Of a DNA stretch of 64,000 nt, positions 49,973 through 61,177 are shown in pieces. The notes beneath the pieces were generated by a model that was not told the DNA's origin, made no database searches, and worked only from the letters and a program-made list of their open reading frames with translations. A program made the translations under genes and the position numbers. This DNA is from Halobacteriovoraceae bacterium (GTDB lineage Bacteria > Bdellovibrionota > Bacteriovoracia > Bacteriovoracales > Bacteriovoracaceae): assembly GCA_963719505.1 (NCBI GenBank), contig CAVRCF010000001.1, forward strand, positions 928,001-992,000. The letters run 5' to 3'. Position 1 is the first letter of the stretch, and every line of letters begins with the position of its first letter.

Positions 49973-50747
49973 AGACTTTATCCTTTTGAACATTTGAACG
50001 TGGGAATATTTGCATACTAACTTCATAGACTTCTTTTTTTTCTCCAGACTCAAGAAAGGCGATAAGCTGATCTTGAAAATCTCTAATCATCTTCTTTGCA
50101 GCGGGGAGTTTTTTTGGGTCAATAGCTATAGTTGCGCTACTCATATCTCTAAGAAGAACATCATCTGTATAGAGTGATTCCTTTGCAGCTTCAAGAGTTT
50201 CAGCGTGGCGCTTTTTTATTGATGTATTTGGAACATCTTCAGATGTTACGATTTCGACATCTTGATACTTTAAATAACCATCTTTATCGTATTCAAGAAG
50301 ACCAATTCTTAGCAATCTTTCTAAGGCATCAGAAACCTTACTTTTACTCGTTTTGAGTCTATCTGCAATCCATCCGGAGTCACTTTTAAAGTCTTTTGTC
50401 TCGGCCAAACATAGGATTGCATAGTAGTGCCAGTCAGCGATGAGAAAGTATTGATCATTTTGGATTTGAATTTTCTTATTGGAGACATTTGTCTCAATGC
50501 CATTTTTGTCTCTCGTCAGTTTATCGCTTAAGGTTGTGAATTCATCTGGAGAGAGGCAGAGCCTGTCGGCCATTTTTAGGATCATTTTTTGTGAAAGAAC
50601 TCTTTTACCGTTGAGAAACTCTGATAGGGAAGCTGGAGAGACTCCAAGCAGACGAGAGAAAGCGCGCAAAGAAAAACTATTGTTCTTTGTCTTTAACTCG
50701 TCTAATCGCTCACGCAAAGTTTTTTGCAGATATATTTGTGCTTCCAT
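49956..50747 (-). CDS. TIGR02147/DUF4423-type HTH protein
   Basis: FSLRAFSRLLGVSPASLSEFLNGKR HTH; WHYYAI; second wHTH; VYEVSMQIFP. Confidence 0.88.
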   Translation of the reverse strand: MEAQIYLQKTLRERLDELKTKNNSFSLRAFSRLLGVSPASLSEFLNGKRVLSQKMILKMADRLCLSPDEFTTLSDKLTRDKNGIETNVSNKKIQIQNDQYFLIADWHYYAILCLAETKDFKSDSGWIADRLKTSKSKVSDALERLLRIGLLEYDKDGYLKYQDVEIVTSEDVPNTSIKKRHAETLEAAKESLYTDDVLLRDMSSATIAIDPKKLPAAKKMIRDFQDQLIAFLESGEKKEVYEVSMQIFPRSNVQKDKVYESYQ

Positions 50748-50817
50748 AGTGGAAAGAGTCTATCTAATTAATTGACGCGCCGCTATATATTCACAGGAAC
50801 CCTGTAAAAAGGATAGG

Positions 50818-51528
50818 CTACATCATCCAGTTATACTCATAGTGGTCATGTTTTGGGTTTTTTAGAATAGAGTAAATCGTATCTTTATCGTGATTTTGAG
50901 GGTTTAGCCATTGATCTAAGCTTCTTTCATCAAGAGAGATAGGTGTTCTATCGTGGCCCATTTCAAGCACTTCTGGACGAGGATCATCGGTGATGATGGC
51001 GAAAGACTGGATGATCTTGGACTTGTCACTCGAGAACCAATTGTCATAGAGACAGGGGGCCAATAGGTAGTCGTTGTTTTGAGGTTTAAAACTGATCATT
51101 GATTTATGACCATTTTTTGGGACCCACTCATAAAACTGCTTGATGGGAAGAACGGCATGAAAGTTCATAAATGGTTTCTTCCAAGCGTGTGCCGTCTCGA
51201 GTGAATCGATTCTTGCGTTGAAGGTATTTTTAACTTCAACCTCACGTTTTGTTTCTGGATTTACTCTTTTGTAAATTTCATCTTCACAGAAATGAGGCAA
51301 AAGTTGGTAGCGCATTGGTCTTATTTGGCGCTCTCCTTTAACCATACAGATGACTGGAGCCCATATTTTTGAAAATATTCTATCATCCTCATCAAAGACA
51401 TATTTATACTTACCTGGGTCACTATTTTCTAAAGCCTTTAAATTATCAAAGGCTTTCTCATTAACCACAGCATCAAAGCGTTGTGATAGGTTTTTTAAAT
51501 CTTTATCAACTTTTACGGAAAAACACAT
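50818..51528 (-). CDS. SOS response-associated peptidase (SRAP/YedK-like abasic-site crosslinker)
   Basis: N-terminal MC, TFNARIDS, FYEW, HDRTP. Confidence 0.88.
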   Translation of the reverse strand: MCFSVKVDKDLKNLSQRFDAVVNEKAFDNLKALENSDPGKYKYVFDEDDRIFSKIWAPVICMVKGERQIRPMRYQLLPHFCEDEIYKRVNPETKREVEVKNTFNARIDSLETAHAWKKPFMNFHAVLPIKQFYEWVPKNGHKSMISFKPQNNDYLLAPCLYDNWFSSDKSKIIQSFAIITDDPRPEVLEMGHDRTPISLDERSLDQWLNPQNHDKDTIYSILKNPKHDHYEYNWMM

Positions 51529-51601
51529 AGATAAAGCTTATAGGAGCATAAGCTGTTTGCAAATAGATCTTTTAAAAAGTCTAAAATTTGTTAAAGTATA
51601 G

Positions 51602-52153
51602 GTGATGAAAAAGACGATCCTCTTACTTCTTATTTCCACTTGTTTGTTTGCTAAAATTAGGAATCCTAAAAAACTATATAAAAAAGTTTTTCCCGCGTTT
51701 AGTGATTCTAAAAGCTATACCGTTGAGGATAATATTTCAGAGGAGCCTGTGAACACCACACTTTTAAAGGCCCTAGATAGTGACAATAAAACGTTGGGAT
51801 TCATTAGAGAGTTGGCAACGACAACAGGTTGTAATAGCCAGTGCCTGCCAATTATAGTGACATTATTTTACGACAAAGATAAAAACTTCTTAACTCTCAA
51901 AAGTCGTCCCGGTCTGACTAAAAAGGATCATGTTCCTTTCACAGAGTCCGATTATAAAGAACTCGAATTTATTCTTGTCCAAAACCCCAAGCCTTTTAAA
52001 AGTGTTGTTCATCCAAAGATGATGGTGGATGCCATCACAAGTGAAACTCTCAAGGTTTATAAGCCCTTTGTGGTAGAGAATGCTGCCTACACAAGTCTGC
52101 GTTTAAATCTTTATAATCAAGACACTCTTAAACAGCTTCAAGATATTAACTAA
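51602..52153 (+). CDS. Secreted hypothetical protein (possible FMN-binding-like)
   Basis: Signal peptide; CNSQC; VDAITSET resembles the DAxSGAT motif. Confidence 0.6.
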   Translation: MMKKTILLLLISTCLFAKIRNPKKLYKKVFPAFSDSKSYTVEDNISEEPVNTTLLKALDSDNKTLGFIRELATTTGCNSQCLPIIVTLFYDKDKNFLTLKSRPGLTKKDHVPFTESDYKELEFILVQNPKPFKSVVHPKMMVDAITSETLKVYKPFVVENAAYTSLRLNLYNQDTLKQLQDIN

Positions 52154-52154
52154 T

Positions 52155-52706
52155 TTAATAAAATCTATTTTGGTATTGCTGTATAAACTTTAGCGGATTC
52201 AATGACTCTTGATAAATTTCATTTTGATCTATCTCAATAGCATATAAAGCTGCTTCAAAAGTAGAGAGATAATTGTCTTTGGGCTCTTTCCTTAAAAAGT
52301 ACTGTGACTTGATTTCACTCGTAAAACTTACTTTTGGCAAAGAATGCAAAAACTGATTCTCAAAATATATTCGGTTTGCCTTTTTCCAAGTAGCATCGAT
52401 AAAGACAAAGGTATCAAAGTCTTGGTGTGAACTCTCAAAGCTTTTGGCGTCGAGGTGGGGCTTGAAAAGGCAGGCACGGGAAGACTCTATTTGTTCCTTC
52501 AAGTCTCCCGAGATATTAAAGTCTTCTTCTTGATATAAAGAGATATTGTTAAAGGTCAGTTTGGCCATAATTCCAGTATTGAGAATATGTTTAGACTCAT
52601 CTTTACTTTGTAAAATAATAATTTTTTTCTTATTGCTGATGGGAACAATACATTGGCAAAAGCATGCTGCAGTAAGCTTCAGGCATTCGCCACATCTATC
52701 TCTCAT
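52155..52706 (-). CDS. Second DTW-domain protein (TapT-like)
   Basis: RCGEC...CFC, NTG, DATWKKA, YFLRK, LSTFEA. Confidence 0.85.
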   Translation of the reverse strand: MRDRCGECLKLTAACFCQCIVPISNKKKIIILQSKDESKHILNTGIMAKLTFNNISLYQEEDFNISGDLKEQIESSRACLFKPHLDAKSFESSHQDFDTFVFIDATWKKANRIYFENQFLHSLPKVSFTSEIKSQYFLRKEPKDNYLSTFEAALYAIEIDQNEIYQESLNPLKFIQQYQNRFY

Positions 52707-52712
52707 GGTTGT

Positions 52713-53384
52713 TTAGAATGGCAGAGAGTTTGTCGAAGAGACTTGATATGCTGGATTTATAAAAGCATGAGGGGCAAAAATTCTATTTTGAATCGTGCTA
52801 AGAAGATTATAGAAAGCATTCATATCTGTGCCACTACTAATATGACCAGCATTATATTTTGATGGCTCTACGAAAAGATCATGCATAGGTTTCACTTGCG
52901 AGTTAAACTGAGCAATAACACCCTCTTTCGTTCTTCCTCTTTCAACAACATCTCTTTCTAGCCTTCGTTGAAATCGGATATCCTCAGGAGTTTCTATAAA
53001 GATTGTTTCATCACAGATTTCTAAAATTTGTGGTTGGTTAAGAATTAAGATTCCATCAATGATGACAACTTTTTTTGCTTTTTGGAATTTTGTTCTGTGG
53101 AGCCTTTTGTGAGTAGAAAAATCGTAAAGTGGAATTTCAATATCAAAGCCCAGCTTTAAATCTTGAAGCTGATTGGCCATTAAATCAAAGTCTAAAGAGT
53201 CAGGGTGATCAAAATTAACGGAGCCTCCGTCGTGATCAAACTTCGCAGACTGGTCTATATAGTAATTGTCTTGGTAGAGAACAAATGAAATCTCTGGCCC
53301 TAGCTTTTTTGCTAAAGACTCAGCAAAGAATGTTTTTCCCGAACCACTTCCACCGCCAACACCGAGGATAAATACATCATTCAT
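52713..53384 (-). CDS. udk: Uridine kinase
   Basis: GGGSGSGKT, QDNYY, NFDHPDS, RRLERDVVERGR. Confidence 0.93.
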   Translation of the reverse strand: MNDVFILGVGGGSGSGKTFFAESLAKKLGPEISFVLYQDNYYIDQSAKFDHDGGSVNFDHPDSLDFDLMANQLQDLKLGFDIEIPLYDFSTHKRLHRTKFQKAKKVVIIDGILILNQPQILEICDETIFIETPEDIRFQRRLERDVVERGRTKEGVIAQFNSQVKPMHDLFVEPSKYNAGHISSGTDMNAFYNLLSTIQNRIFAPHAFINPAYQVSSTNSLPF

Positions 53385-53531
53385 AATTTCACCTAGTTTG
53401 ATTTTTGTCATTGTTATGCAAACTCAATATTTTTGCAAGGCAATATAAAAAGGTGTGTAATATTTATCTTTTGAATATTAGATACTTAGAGGTTTTGAAT
53501 TTAGATTCTCTCTGAGCTAAGATAATCCATT

Positions 53532-54467
53532 ATGCTAAGAAGACTTTTTAACAACCGACATTTTGCTACAATTGTTCCTTCTCTTTTTAGAAAAGTAGAG
53601 CCTTTGGATTTTCAAAGGGTTGAGTTTAAAACATGGGATAATGATTTTATTCATTTGGATGAGATCAGAAAAAATAACAAACGAGTTGTGATCATTCTCC
53701 ATGGACTGGAAGGTTCAGCGAAACAGCATTACGTTTTATCTCAGGCGCGATCTTTGTCAGCAGAGAATTTTGATATTATCGCCGTTAACTTTAGAACCTG
53801 CAGTGGAGTGATGAATAAAACAACAACACTTTACCATTCTGGTGAAACAAAAGATCTGGCAAGTGTTGTCGAGTACGCAAAAGAAACATACAAAGAGCTT
53901 CACCTCATCGGCTTTAGCCTAGGGGGGAATGTACTTTTAAAGTACTTGGGAGAGACTAAGACCAAGGCTATAAAGTCAGCCGCCGCTTTCTCAGCTCCAA
54001 TTAGTTTGGAAAGTTGTGCCGAAGAACTCGACCTAGGTTTTAATAAGGTTTATGCTAGGCACTTCATGTTTACACTTTCAAAAAAAGTCTCTTATATTCA
54101 AAAGACCTATCAAGATAACAAGATAAGATCAGTAAATCCAAAAGAGCTCAAGTCGTTCTTTGATTTTGACCATCTCGTAACGGCACCTCTTCACGGTTTT
54201 GAAAGTGCAAAAGACTACTGGGATAAATCCAGCTCACTCCAGTTTTTAAAAGACATAGAGATTCCCACTCTTTTGATGAATGCAAAAGATGATCCTTTTT
54301 TGGGGCGAAAGTGCTATCCAAAACCACAGGCTATTGGCAATCCAAATATGTTTTTTGAGTACCCAAAAGTAGGTGGCCACGTGGGATTTACCAACGGATC
54401 TTTGCACGGCGAAAATCTTATGGATATGAAGGCAAAATCTTTTCTGATGAAACACTCAAGTTATTGA
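53532..54467 (+). CDS. YheT-family alpha/beta hydrolase
   Basis: LHGLEGS, YHSGET, GFSLGG, NAKDDPF, GGHVGF. Confidence 0.92.
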   Translation: MLRRLFNNRHFATIVPSLFRKVEPLDFQRVEFKTWDNDFIHLDEIRKNNKRVVIILHGLEGSAKQHYVLSQARSLSAENFDIIAVNFRTCSGVMNKTTTLYHSGETKDLASVVEYAKETYKELHLIGFSLGGNVLLKYLGETKTKAIKSAAAFSAPISLESCAEELDLGFNKVYARHFMFTLSKKVSYIQKTYQDNKIRSVNPKELKSFFDFDHLVTAPLHGFESAKDYWDKSSSLQFLKDIEIPTLLMNAKDDPFLGRKCYPKPQAIGNPNMFFEYPKVGGHVGFTNGSLHGENLMDMKAKSFLMKHSSY

Positions 54468-54569
54468 AATGACAAAAGCCATTTCCACTGAGTTGATTTA
54501 CAGAATCACAGCTTTTTGAGATACTCAAATCTTTCACACACCAGTTTTTAAGAGGCATCGAGGCAATTA

Positions 54570-57500
54570 ATGAAGAATCCTTTGCAGTATCCAGAGCACT
54601 CGGTTGAGAAATCCCATCCAGACAGCTTTGTTCACCTACATTTGCACACTCAGTATTCTCTTCTCGATGGAGCTCTAAGACTTGATGATCTGTTTGAGAC
54701 GGCCAAGCAACAAGGTGTGCCTGCGATAGCGATGACCGATCATGGAAATATGTTTGGGGCGATTGACTTTTATAAGAAGGCTTTAAAAGCTGGTATCAAA
54801 CCCATTCTTGGATCTGAGGTTTATTTTACACCTGGTTCCAGATTTGACAGGCGTGCTCCAAAAAATACTAAAACGATTGACTCTCAAGATGAAGTCGAGG
54901 GTAAGACATCAGATTCACCACTTGGTTATTCTTTGTAAAAACTATAAGGGATATCAAAATCTCTGTAAGCTTCTGTCTCAAGCTTATCTTGAAGGTTTTT
55001 ATTATAAACCAAGAATTGATATTGAACTTCTTAAAGAGTATTGCGAAGGTCTTATCGCCACAACAGCGTGTTTGAAAGGAGAGGTGGCGTATAACTTTTT
55101 TACCGGACAGCGATGATAAAGCGCACAAGCAATTCAAAAGCTTCACGATGTTTTCCAAGACGATTTTTATTTAGAAATCCAAAGACATGGTCTCGAGGAA
55201 GAAGCCGTTTACGATCAAATAATTGATTACTCTAAAGAAACATAATATAAAACTTGTCGCCACTAACGACTGCCATTATTTGACTAAAGAAGATGCAGCG
55301 GCTCAAGAAGTCCTTCTTTGTGTCCAGACGGGTAAAACATTTGTAGACGAAAAACGGATGAGCTTAACGACGGATGAGTTTTATTTTAAATCTCCTGAAC
55401 AAATGCGCGAAGCTTTTAAAGATATTCCAGAAGCTTGTGACATACTTTAGAAATTGCTGACAAATGTAATATCGAAATTACTTGGCAGGATGATGATGGA
55501 AATCAAATTTATCACCTTCCAGACTTTGATCGTTTTATTGATACAGGTGAGACGACAGAGCCTTACTTTATTCGTACCTCAAAAGAGGGGCTTGAGAAAA
55601 GATTTAAAGGTCCCCACTTTAGAGACATCGTCTCTCAAGATAATTGGGAGAGTGAACTCAAGCAGGTTTATTACGATAGGTTGCAAGTTGAGCTTGATAC
55701 TATCCTACAGATGGGGTTTCCAGGCTACTTTCTGTATCGTTGCGGACTTTATTCAGTGGTCAAAGGATAATGATATTCCGGTAGGTCCTGGTCGTGGTTC
55801 TGGAGCTGGTTCACTTGTGGCTTATTCTCTTCATATTACCAACATGAATCCGCTTCCTTATAACCTTCTCTTTGAGCGATTTATAAATCTTGAACGTATT
55901 TCTATGCCAGACTTTGATATTGATTTCTGCCAAGATAGAAGGCCTGAAGTTATTGAGTATGTGACACAAAAATATGGTGCAAGAGAAAGTCGGACAAATT
56001 ATTACCTTTGGAAAGCTGCAACCAAAAGCTGTTATTCGAGATGTATCAAGGGTTTACGGTCTTCCTTATGCAGAGACTGATGCTCTCGCTAAACTTAGTT
56101 CCGGATGAACTTGGGATGACTTTGACTAAAGCTCTTGAGATGGAGCCAAGTTTCAAGTGAGCTCGACAGAAAAAGATCCAAAGATCAGACGAATTATTCA
56201 AATTTCTAAAAGGCTAGAAGGACTCCTAAGGCATGCCTCAATTCACGCAGCCGGGGTTATCATTACTAATGAGCCACTTGTTAACTACTGTCCACTTTAT
56301 AAAGGAAGAGAAGGGGAGCAGGTTGTTCAGTTTGATAAAGATTTCTCTGAAGAGATTGGACTCGTTAAAGTTTGACTTTTTAGGACTTAAAACTCTGACC
56401 GTTATTCAAAATGCACAGAAATTTATTAAAAGAGATCATGATAAAAGACTTTGATATTGAATCTATTGATATGGAAGATCAAAAGTGTCTATGACTATAT
56501 TTCAAAAGGTAACACTACTGGTGTCTTCCAACTAGAGTCTTCTGGAATGAAAGATCTGTGCTCGAGACTTCAGCCGGGAACGATTGACGATATTACCGCT
56601 ATCAATGCTCTCTACCGACCAGGTCCTATGGGTCTTGGAATGCACGATGAGTTTATTGAAAGAAAATTTGGAAGAAAAGAAGTTGATTATTTCTTTGAAG
56701 GTGAAAAAAGTTTAGAGCCTGTTCTCTATGACACTTACGGGATTATTGTTTATCAAGAGCAGGTTATGAACATTGCTCGAACAGTTGGTGGATACTCCCT
56801 TGGTGAAGCTGATATGCTCAGACGTGCCATGGGGAAAAAGAAAGAAGAAGAGATGGCCAGCCATCGAGAAATTTTTCTTAAAGGTGCAAAAGAGCGAGGC
56901 TATGACCTTAAAAAAGCGGAAGAGATTTATGACCTTATGGCCGAGTTTGCTAAATATGGATTTAATAAGTCCCATGCTGTGGCCTACGCTGTTATTGCCT
57001 ATCAAACGGCTTTTCTAAAACTTTATTACCCAGCTTCTTTCTACGCAGCACTGCTTGGAACAGAGATGAACAATATGGACAAGGTCACGATGTATATCAA
57101 CGATGCTAGAGTCATGATATTGAAATTCTTCCACCAGATGTCAATGAATCTCTCTATCTGTTTAACGTTATTGGTAATGATGTAAGATTCGGTATGGGTG
57201 CCATTAAAAACGTTGGAGCCTAGTCCGGTTGCAGCTATCATTGCTGAAAGAGATAAGAACGGACCATTTAAAGGCTTTATTGATTTCTGTGATCGAGTGA
57301 GCATGAGAATCAATCAATAAGAGAACAATTGAATCTTGATTAAAGTAGGGGCTTTTGATGAGTGTGAAAAACTGAATCGAAAAACCTTACTTGAAAACGT
57401 TGAGACAATCGTTGCTTTTGCGAAGAAAAAACAAGATGAAAAAGCTCAACGGTCAGGTGAATCTTTTTGATATGGGGGATGACTTTGGTGAAACTAAAGA

Positions 57501-58260
57501 AGAGATGCTTGGATATCAATGAAGTCACGACTTTGATGAAAAAGAAAAACTTGGTTATGAACAAGAGCTTTTAGGTATTTATGTTTCGGGCCATCCTCTA
57601 GATAAGTTCGGAGATATTTTAACAGAAGCTTGTTTCAATGCCAATATCTGAAATTCACGAGTTGCCAAAAATGGCAAGCTCCACCATTTGATTTTAGAAA
57701 TAAGGATGCAAGGAAAAATGATCCATCCAAAAGAAACCTTACCATCGCAGGTTTGATCAGTGAGAAGAAAGCCATTATCACCAAAAAAGGTGACAGGATG
57801 GCTTTTGTCACAATTGAAGATCTGTCGGGAAAAATTGAGTGTTTAGTTTTTCCAAAAACATATGCGGAGTATTTTGAAGTTTCTTGAAAGTGATGAACCT
57901 TTGGTCATTGAAGGTTATGTAAGACTTTCAGAAGATAGAAGAAGTTTCTTCGTCAATAAGATCAGGCTCGTAGACGATGAAGCGGATGCACGAGTGACGG
58001 CAGTTGTAGTGAAACTTGAAACAGCAAATCTAAACGATTATACGCTACCAAAGCTCAAGCAGGTTCTCTTAAGTTATAGAGGCTCTGTGCCAGCTCACCT
58101 TGTCTTTGAATCAGTTGAGGGTAAAGCTAAGATGAATCTTGGGGAAAACTTTCTTGTAAACCCAACACCTCAGTTAGCGGCGAAAATAAACGAGATTACA
58201 AATACAAGTTCAGTTAGTTTTTTTACTGATGGTAAAATGGAAGAAATTACGCCACAATAA
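54570..58260 (+). pseudogene. dnaE: DNA polymerase III alpha subunit, broken by many frameshifts (probably sequence errors)
   Basis: Collinear fragments: [17 protein letters not shown] (PHP), [38 protein letters not shown] fold MAFVTIED; nine ORF pieces. Confidence 0.9.
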
Positions 58261-58285
58261 GATTGAAAATAGATAAAGGATTATT

Positions 58286-59602
58286 ATGTTTAAGTACCTT
58301 GTTATAGGACTTCTTTCACTCTCGGTTTTTGCTGCCTCAGACTTTATTAAGGGTGAAGGTCGATTTTACGCCTCGAGCAGTGATTCTTTAACATTTATAA
58401 AAGAACAAGTTATTCATAATGGCTTTCTTGACGTTATTTCCAAAGAGCTTGAATCGATGGGATTATCAAAGGAAGTTTTTTGGAAAAAGATTGATGAGAA
58501 GTTTGACGCCTCTTTTGCTTCAGTAGAAGCGAGTTTGAAAGAAAGATACTCCATCGATTCTAAGGATGGAAAAGCTGACCGAGCAGGATATAATAAAGCG
58601 CTTAGAGAGAAAAAATTAATCGCAAAGAAAAACTTTGCAAATTTAAAACGAGTTATTCAGTCTTTTAGTATACAAAGATATACTCGTTCTCAGCAAGACC
58701 CCAATGCTCGTTATGTTAAGCTGCAGGCCAGGGTAAACAGAACGCTGCTAAGAGAAATCTATTATATTTATACTAGGGGAAAGAGATCCTCGGACTATGG
58801 AAGCCTTTTTATCGATGTTGACTATAAGCTTGTTGATGCAGACTACACTGATTTGGGAGTAGAGCAAGGTGAAGACTTTACAAGTGTCGTAAATGAAAAT
58901 TGGCTTAAGTGGTTTAGTGAAAACAAACCTGGAAATATTGCTAATATTCAGATTCTTTCTCAAGATAAAAAATCAAGGCTTGATGAGTTTTTTAAACTTC
59001 CATATGAGCAGATGATAATAGATATTCCGGAGATGTTTGTCAATTCTCTTTATTTGAAAATTGAAATTGTGATTGAAAAAGTTTCTGCAAATCCAAAACT
59101 TAAAGAGTATAGTTATATTTTCTCTGGTGGAGGTTATCTCCTTGATCTGCAATCAAATAATATTATCGGGTCGATGACTTTTGAAAAAGAAGAAAAGAAG
59201 TATAGAAAGCTAGAGTTTTCTAAACTTTCAACTGTCTTGGCAAACTATGTTTACAGAATGCCTTTTGGAAAGTTTGAAAAATTAAAAAGAAGAATTAAAA
59301 ATATTCCACCTATTAATAGTATTCAGCGTATCTCACTTTTTGATTTTTCCAATATGGATGTCGTAGACGATTTCCTCGAACTTCTTAAAGGAAGGGGCAT
59401 AAAGTATTCACTTAATGCAAGACTTGAGTCAATTGGTTCAAACAGGGCTGAGATTGTTGTTTTCATGGATGGCGAAACAGCTGACTTAAAGACTCTCTTA
59501 TCTGAGCTTCAAGCGGCAAAAAGTGATCTAAAATTCGACTTTATTGATACAGATAACACTCTTGGGGTAAAATTTATTAAGGCAGAGCCCGTTAAAAAAT
59601 AA
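58286..59602 (+). CDS. Secreted hypothetical protein (N-terminus FlgT_N-like)
   Basis: Signal peptide; IKGEGRFY...KEQVI..GF.DVI pattern. Confidence 0.65.
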   Translation: MFKYLVIGLLSLSVFAASDFIKGEGRFYASSSDSLTFIKEQVIHNGFLDVISKELESMGLSKEVFWKKIDEKFDASFASVEASLKERYSIDSKDGKADRAGYNKALREKKLIAKKNFANLKRVIQSFSIQRYTRSQQDPNARYVKLQARVNRTLLREIYYIYTRGKRSSDYGSLFIDVDYKLVDADYTDLGVEQGEDFTSVVNENWLKWFSENKPGNIANIQILSQDKKSRLDEFFKLPYEQMIIDIPEMFVNSLYLKIEIVIEKVSANPKLKEYSYIFSGGGYLLDLQSNNIIGSMTFEKEEKKYRKLEFSKLSTVLANYVYRMPFGKFEKLKRRIKNIPPINSIQRISLFDFSNMDVVDDFLELLKGRGIKYSLNARLESIGSNRAEIVVFMDGETADLKTLLSELQAAKSDLKFDFIDTDNTLGVKFIKAEPVKK

Positions 59603-59623
59603 ATTTAAACCTAAGGTTTTCAA

Positions 59624-60556
59624 ATGGTTAGATCAGCTTCATTACTCATTTTAGTATTTCTATTTCAGTCATGTGCGGCCCTTTTTCCAAAGCCCGAAAG
59701 ACCTAGGTATCCGCGATACAATCAAGCTTATAAAAAGCCACCTCGTGGCTTCGATTCTATTAAAAAGAAAGTTGCTCTGTTGCCTTTTTTCAATGAGTCT
59801 CCTTTTGGAAAAGAAGATCTGGCAGTCACAGCGAGCGAGGAGTTTAGAAAAGAACTCTCTCGTGCTCGCGATTATATTTTTGATGATGAGGGCGCAAGTA
59901 TTTTTGGTGAAAGTCGCGATATCTATGCTGGTGGGGGAATGAAGCTTGCCACGTTAGCAAGGAAAGCAAAGATCTCTGGAATAAATTTAGTTATCTACGG
60001 CCGTATTGTCGATGCGAAAGTAACTCAAAAAGCTGATGAGATCGGGCTTGTAAGAAAGACTCGCTCATATGCTGAATCCATTTTGGAAGTTAAAGTCTTT
60101 GATGTTCAAGCAAATAAAGAAGTTTACTCAAATAAAAAAGATGGGAATGTTAATGACTCCTCTTATAGGCTTTTTAATGCTGAAAGGGAGCAAGCCATTG
60201 AATATCAAAGAGGACTTTTAAGGTACTCCATAAAGGTTGCTGCAAGAAGGTTCGTCCCTGACGTTGCAAAGCTGGGGGCAAAGCTTGATTGGACAGGTAG
60301 AGTCGCAAAGATCATTGGATCTAAAATTTATATCAATGCAGGAAGGATTTCAGGAATTAACAAAGGTGATATTTTAAGAGTTCTAACTGAAGGCTCAGAT
60401 GTCTTTGATCCCGAAACAGGAGCTATGCTTGGTGTAAGTAAGGGACAAGTGAAAGGAACCCTTGAAGTTATAGATTACTTTGGTGAAGATGGCTCTGTGG
60501 CCGTTCTTCACTCCGGAGGAAGCGTCACTGAAGGTGACTTCGTGCAATTGTATTAA
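59624..60556 (+). CDS. Lipoprotein with CsgG-like domain and FlgT C-terminal-like domain
   Basis: Lipobox FQSC; KKKVALLPFFN; GRVAKI.GSKIYINAG..SGINKGD...DPETG..LG. Confidence 0.72.
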   Translation: MVRSASLLILVFLFQSCAALFPKPERPRYPRYNQAYKKPPRGFDSIKKKVALLPFFNESPFGKEDLAVTASEEFRKELSRARDYIFDDEGASIFGESRDIYAGGGMKLATLARKAKISGINLVIYGRIVDAKVTQKADEIGLVRKTRSYAESILEVKVFDVQANKEVYSNKKDGNVNDSSYRLFNAEREQAIEYQRGLLRYSIKVAARRFVPDVAKLGAKLDWTGRVAKIIGSKIYINAGRISGINKGDILRVLTEGSDVFDPETGAMLGVSKGQVKGTLEVIDYFGEDGSVAVLHSGGSVTEGDFVQLY

Positions 60557-60681
60557 ATTGCTTGTGCTGACCGACTTCTCGGACCTCTTTAATTCCCATG
60601 CCTTGTAAAATATTCTAATGCCTTTCATGAAATGCTCTTAGGTGGTAAAAAGCTATAACTAAGAACTCAAAGGTTTTATTT

Positions 60682-61062
60682 ATGAAAAAGATTCTATTTC
60701 TTTCACTCTTATTAGTGAGCTCATATTCATTTGCAAATCAACTTTGTACCATTCATATCGATGCCAAGGGCTTTAGCTCTGCTCAAGTATCAAGAGTTGC
60801 AAAACTATTGGATAGATTAAATTATGATGTTGTAAGCAGATCTGAAAAAGCAAACTACAAAGTGAAGCTTGAAAAAAAGAAATACTTTAATATATATGGA
60901 TACCCTTCTTTTTTCATGAGAGAGATTAGTTTAGATTTTTATAGTAATGGGGTTAAGCTTTACGAAACATTTTCAAGTGATGGCTTTCCTGTTTATCAAG
61001 CTTTAGGTGAAGTGCTAGATGATCTTGAAGTAAATGAAAAATTCTGTTCAAAATACTATTAA
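60682..61062 (+). CDS. Secreted hypothetical protein
   Basis: MKKILFLSLLLVSSYSFA signal peptide. Confidence 0.7.
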   Translation: MKKILFLSLLLVSSYSFANQLCTIHIDAKGFSSAQVSRVAKLLDRLNYDVVSRSEKANYKVKLEKKKYFNIYGYPSFFMREISLDFYSNGVKLYETFSSDGFPVYQALGEVLDDLEVNEKFCSKYY

Positions 61063-61121
61063 TTTAAAATTGTTTGGTTGTTTTAGTTCCTCATTCATTT
61101 ATCTTGTACGGATTAAGACTT

Positions 61122-61150
61122 AAAAAAAAAGCCCACTAAATAAGCGGGCT
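61122..61150 (-). terminator. Intrinsic terminator
   Basis: A9-GCCC...GGGCTT hairpin between convergent genes. Confidence 0.65.
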
Positions 61151-61177
61151 TCAAAAACTCTTTATTATATCTTTTTT

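Noticed and set aside
54570-58260. Split-intein or programmed-frameshift dnaE
   Set aside because: No intein motifs or inserted sequence are visible, and the breaks are too many and lack consistent slippery sites.
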